A DNA stretch of 64,000 nt from an uncultured Chloroflexia bacterium (GTDB lineage: Bacteria > Chloroflexota > Limnocylindria > Limnocylindrales > CSP1-4): the NCBI GenBank assembly GCA_963748625.1, contig CAVVJT010000004.1, positions 1-64,000 of the forward strand. The letters run 5' to 3'. The notes beneath the pieces were generated by a model that searched no databases, had not been told where the DNA came from, and saw only the letters and a list, made by a program, of their open reading frames with translations. Position numbers and translations under genes: made by a program. The stretch's first letter is position 1, and the number at the start of each line of letters is the position of its first letter. Shown here in pieces: positions 60,762 through 64,000 of the stretch.

Positions 60762-62321
60762 TCAGCGCTTCGGACGACTCTTCGACCGGCCGCGCGGCCG
60801 AACCTCGCGCGCCTGCTCGCGGAAGACCAGGCGGATGGGCGTGCCGTCGAAGCCATATGCCTCGCGCAGCCGGTTCTCCAGGAAGCGCTTGTACGAGAAG
60901 TGGATCGAGGCGGGCTCGGTGGCGAAGAACACGAAGGTGGGTGGCGCCACGCCGGCCTGCGTGGCATAGCGGATCTTCGCGCGCTTGCCGTGCACCATCG
61001 CGGGCGGCGTGCGCTCCACGGCGTCGCGGACCAGGCGGTTGAGCTCCCCGGTCGAGATGCGCTTGCGGCGCTCGCCCCACACGTCCACGGCCATCTCGAG
61101 GATCTTCTGGACGCGCTGGCCGGTCTTGGCGCTGATCGAGACGATCGGTGCGTAGTCGATGAAGGCGAGCTCACGGCGCAGCGTCGTGACGAACTCGTCG
61201 AAGGACTTGTGCGTCTTGTCCTCCACGATGTCCCACTTGTTGACGGCGATCACAAGGCCGCGGCCTTCCTCGATCACGTACCCGGCGACGTGCGCGTCCT
61301 GCGCGGTCAGCCCGTCGGCGGCGTCGAGGACGAGGACCGCGACATCGGCACGGGTGATCGCCTTGAGCGCGCGCATCGTCGAGTACTTCTCGGCGGCCGG
61401 TCCGTTGGCGACCTTGCCGCGCCGCTTGATGCCCGCGGTGTCAATCAGGACGATCTCGGAGCGTCCCCACTCGATAGTGGTGTCGATCGCATCCCGCGTG
61501 GTGCCCGGCGTGGCCGACACGATGGTCCGCTCCTCGCCCAGCAGCGCGTTGAGCAGCGACGACTTGCCGACGTTGGGCCGGCCCACGAAGGCGATCGCCG
61601 GCGGCTCCTCGTCCTCGGCCGCCATCTGGGCATCCCAGCGGGCCTGGAGCTCGCCCGTGGCGATCGCGTCGACGTCGAGCTCGTCCTCTTCCTCGTCGTC
61701 GCCCTCACCGGCCACGTACGGCTCGAGACGTCCCGCGGCCATCTCCTTGGCCCATGCCTCGGCCTCAGTCTCGCGCGCCTTGCGGGCGGTCTCGGCCTCG
61801 CTCTCGGGCGGCATGGCCCAGACGATGGCGTCCAGCAGGTCGGCGACGCCGCGCCCGTGGTTGGCGGAGATGGCGAACGTGTCCTCCCAGCCCAGCTGGT
61901 AGAACTCGGCGGCATCAAGCTCGCGCTTCTGGTTGTCGGCCTTGTTGGCAGCCACCAGCACAGGCTTGGTGGACCGGCGCAGCAGCTCTGCGGCCTCCTC
62001 GTCGGCGGGGGTGAGCCCTGCGACGGCATCGACCAGGAACACGATCACGTCGGCTTCACCGATCGCAAGGCGGGCCTGGAGCTGCACCTGCGCCTCGATC
62101 GGGTCGTCCGGGGCGATCTCGATGCCACCCGTGTCCACGACCACGAACCGGCGACCGTTCCACTCGGCGTCGCCGTACATGCGGTCGCGGGTGGTGCGGG
62201 CGCGATCCTCAACGATCGCCGCGCGCGCATCCCCGACCACCCGGTTGAACAGCGTGCTCTTGCCGACATTCGGGCGCCCCACGAGGGCGACGATGGGCAG
62301 GCCGGCCGATCGACGGGCCAC
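60762..62321 (-). CDS. der: Ribosome biogenesis GTPase Der
   Basis: Two GRPNVGKS G-domains, DTGG and DTAG, NKAD and NKWD, KH-like C-terminus. Confidence 0.97.
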   Translation of the reverse strand: MARRSAGLPIVALVGRPNVGKSTLFNRVVGDARAAIVEDRARTTRDRMYGDAEWNGRRFVVVDTGGIEIAPDDPIEAQVQLQARLAIGEADVIVFLVDAVAGLTPADEEAAELLRRSTKPVLVAANKADNQKRELDAAEFYQLGWEDTFAISANHGRGVADLLDAIVWAMPPESEAETARKARETEAEAWAKEMAAGRLEPYVAGEGDDEEEDELDVDAIATGELQARWDAQMAAEDEEPPAIAFVGRPNVGKSSLLNALLGEERTIVSATPGTTRDAIDTTIEWGRSEIVLIDTAGIKRRGKVANGPAAEKYSTMRALKAITRADVAVLVLDAADGLTAQDAHVAGYVIEEGRGLVIAVNKWDIVEDKTHKSFDEFVTTLRRELAFIDYAPIVSISAKTGQRVQKILEMAVDVWGERRKRISTGELNRLVRDAVERTPPAMVHGKRAKIRYATQAGVAPPTFVFFATEPASIHFSYKRFLENRLREAYGFDGTPIRLVFREQAREVRPRGRSKSRPKR

Positions 62322-62323
62322 GG

Positions 62324-63286
62324 TCAGCCGATGCCAGCGGTGGTCAGGACCCGCGGAAGCGAGGTGGTGCGGCCGGCGGGTGTGGCCGCCACGTCGAGGG
62401 CGGCGGCGGCGAGGTCCCCTGCCTGCTCACGCATCTCGGGCGAGCCCGCGAGCCGGAAGATGTGCTCGGCCACGTCTCGCAGGTCCTCCACCGGGGTGGA
62501 TGTGCCACCGGTCACGCCCACCACGCGGGCACGCTCGAATGGGACGGGGTCCACGAGATCCTGGGCATTCTCGATCTGGAGCGCCGGGGTCCCGGCGATC
62601 GCGCAGAGCCGCGTCAGCTCCTTGGTGTTGGCGGAGTGGCGCCCACCGACGACCACCATCAGGTCCACGGCGCGTGCAGTCTCGAGGGTGTCCTCCTGGC
62701 GGCGGATCGTCACCGGACAGACCGTGTTCACGATCTTGAGCTCGTGGGCACGGGAGACCATGAAGGCGGCGAGCTTCTCGAACTTCCAGGGCGGCTGGGT
62801 GGACTGGGTGATCAGGGCCATCCGCTTCCGGCGCGGGATGGACGGCCAGTCCTCCTCATCATCCACGACGATCGCGTCGGGGGCGAACCCGAGCAGGCCG
62901 ACGACCTCGGGGTGCTTGGGCGTGCCCAGCAGGACGATGGTGTAGCCCTCGTCCACGAGCGACTTGAGCTGGCGCTGCTCCTGGATCACCCAGCTGCAGG
63001 TGCCGTCGATGATCTCCAGCTCGCGCTCGCGGGCCGCAGCGAACGTCTCTGGTTTCACGCCGTGCGCCCGGATGACCACCACGGAGCCGTGCTCCACCTC
63101 CTCGAGCGAGGTGACGCTCTCGACGCCCAACTGCTCGAGGTCACGGACAACGCCCTCGTTGTGGACGACCTGCCCGAGGGTATGGGTGTCCTTGCCGTCG
63201 GCCGCCGACACCTTCGCCTTGTCGATGGCCTCACGCACGCCATAGCAGAAGCCAGTGCGGTTGGCGATGCGGACTTCCTGAACCAT
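62324..63286 (-). CDS. ispH: 4-hydroxy-3-methylbut-2-enyl diphosphate reductase
   Basis: GFCYGV, VHN, AHG, DGTC, HPEV, NTVC, SANT, STP. Confidence 0.93.
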   Translation of the reverse strand: MVQEVRIANRTGFCYGVREAIDKAKVSAADGKDTHTLGQVVHNEGVVRDLEQLGVESVTSLEEVEHGSVVVIRAHGVKPETFAAARERELEIIDGTCSWVIQEQRQLKSLVDEGYTIVLLGTPKHPEVVGLLGFAPDAIVVDDEEDWPSIPRRKRMALITQSTQPPWKFEKLAAFMVSRAHELKIVNTVCPVTIRRQEDTLETARAVDLMVVVGGRHSANTKELTRLCAIAGTPALQIENAQDLVDPVPFERARVVGVTGGTSTPVEDLRDVAEHIFRLAGSPEMREQAGDLAAAALDVAATPAGRTTSLPRVLTTAGIG

Positions 63287-63349
63287 TCCCATTGCCTTCC
63301 GATGTTCGCACACGTCAGGCGATCACGCCGCAGCGTGTGCCTCCCCCGC

Positions 63350-64000
63350 TCAAGGTTCGGATGAGGCGTCCGTTCGGATGGCATCAGCGTAGAAGCCGCG
63401 GTGGCGCGGGTCCACGAGCTCGGCGATCCGGCCCATGATGGCGGTGGTCGCGACGGACTTGGCCGTCCTGCGATCGGTGCCTGCCGGGACCACATCCTCC
63501 ACTCGGAACGGCGTGCCGATGCGGACGGTGACCCTCCGGCGCGGGATCGGCATGGGCAGCTTGCGGCCCTTCGGCCAGATCGCATCCGTGTTGCTGACGC
63601 CGATGGGCAGGATCTGGGCGCCGGTCCGCATCGCGAGCATGGCCGTGCCGTCCTTGGCCTCCTGCAGCGCACCCGTGGGGCTGCGGGTGCCCTCAGGGAA
63701 GACCAGGAGGACATACCCCTTCTCCAGGATCCGGGTGGCGAGACGGAAGGCCTCCACGTCAGCAGTGCCTCGATCGACCGGATGGACACCGCCGATCGCA
63801 CACATCCAGCCGAAGACCGGCCAGTCGAACAGCTCGCGCTTGCCCAGCCAGTGGATCCGTCGCTTGCCGATGGCCTCGTTGACCCAGGCGCCACCGTAGA
63901 TCGGGTCGAGGTTGGAGATGTGGTTGATGGCCAGCAGGACGGGTCCGCGCCTGGGCACGTTCTCCAGGCCCTCGACACGGGTGTCGGCGAGGAGGCGGCC
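63350..64000 (-). CDS. plsC: 1-acyl-sn-glycerol-3-phosphate acyltransferase (5' end outside the window)
   Basis: NHISNLD (HxxxxD) and FPEGTRS. Confidence 0.9.
   Translation of the reverse strand, partial: GRLLADTRVEGLENVPRRGPVLLAINHISNLDPIYGGAWVNEAIGKRRIHWLGKRELFDWPVFGWMCAIGGVHPVDRGTADVEAFRLATRILEKGYVLLVFPEGTRSPTGALQEAKDGTAMLAMRTGAQILPIGVSNTDAIWPKGRKLPMPIPRRRVTVRIGTPFRVEDVVPAGTDRRTAKSVATTAIMGRIAELVDPRHRGFYADAIRTDASSEP

Overview
High-GC (roughly 70% by eye) bacterial chromosomal segment. Gene style suggests Chloroflexota (Limnocylindria-like); this is an inference only. The right half (34.4-64 kb) is mostly housekeeping: truncated globin, ccdA/tlpA, nrdR-dcd with tandem NrdR boxes, etfAB with an acyl-CoA dehydrogenase and a FadF-like oxidoreductase, moaBC, an M50 protease, a PLP decarboxylase, a GcvT-family dehydrogenase, tRNA-Pro, der, ispH and plsC. 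The left half is accessory DNA downstream of a minus-strand tRNA-Arg(CCT) at 33996-34071. The most striking structure is that the tRNA 3' end (+ strand TGGCGCCCCCGGACGGA) recurs six times in direct orientation (13893, 17529, 20294, 21235, 24132, 31210). Each copy is followed by a TGGTAC motif, exactly 56 nt from the core start in 5 of 6 copies. The repeats split about 20 kb into six integrase-less cargo cassettes of 0.9-7.1 kb. Only relics of a probable large serine recombinase remain, and its 3' end appears to span the attachment site. Also notable: an orphan mini-protein joining an eCIS-cargo-like N-terminal motif to a spike-tip-like C-terminus, a DUF5674 two-gene module, and several single-base frameshifts that may be assembly errors.
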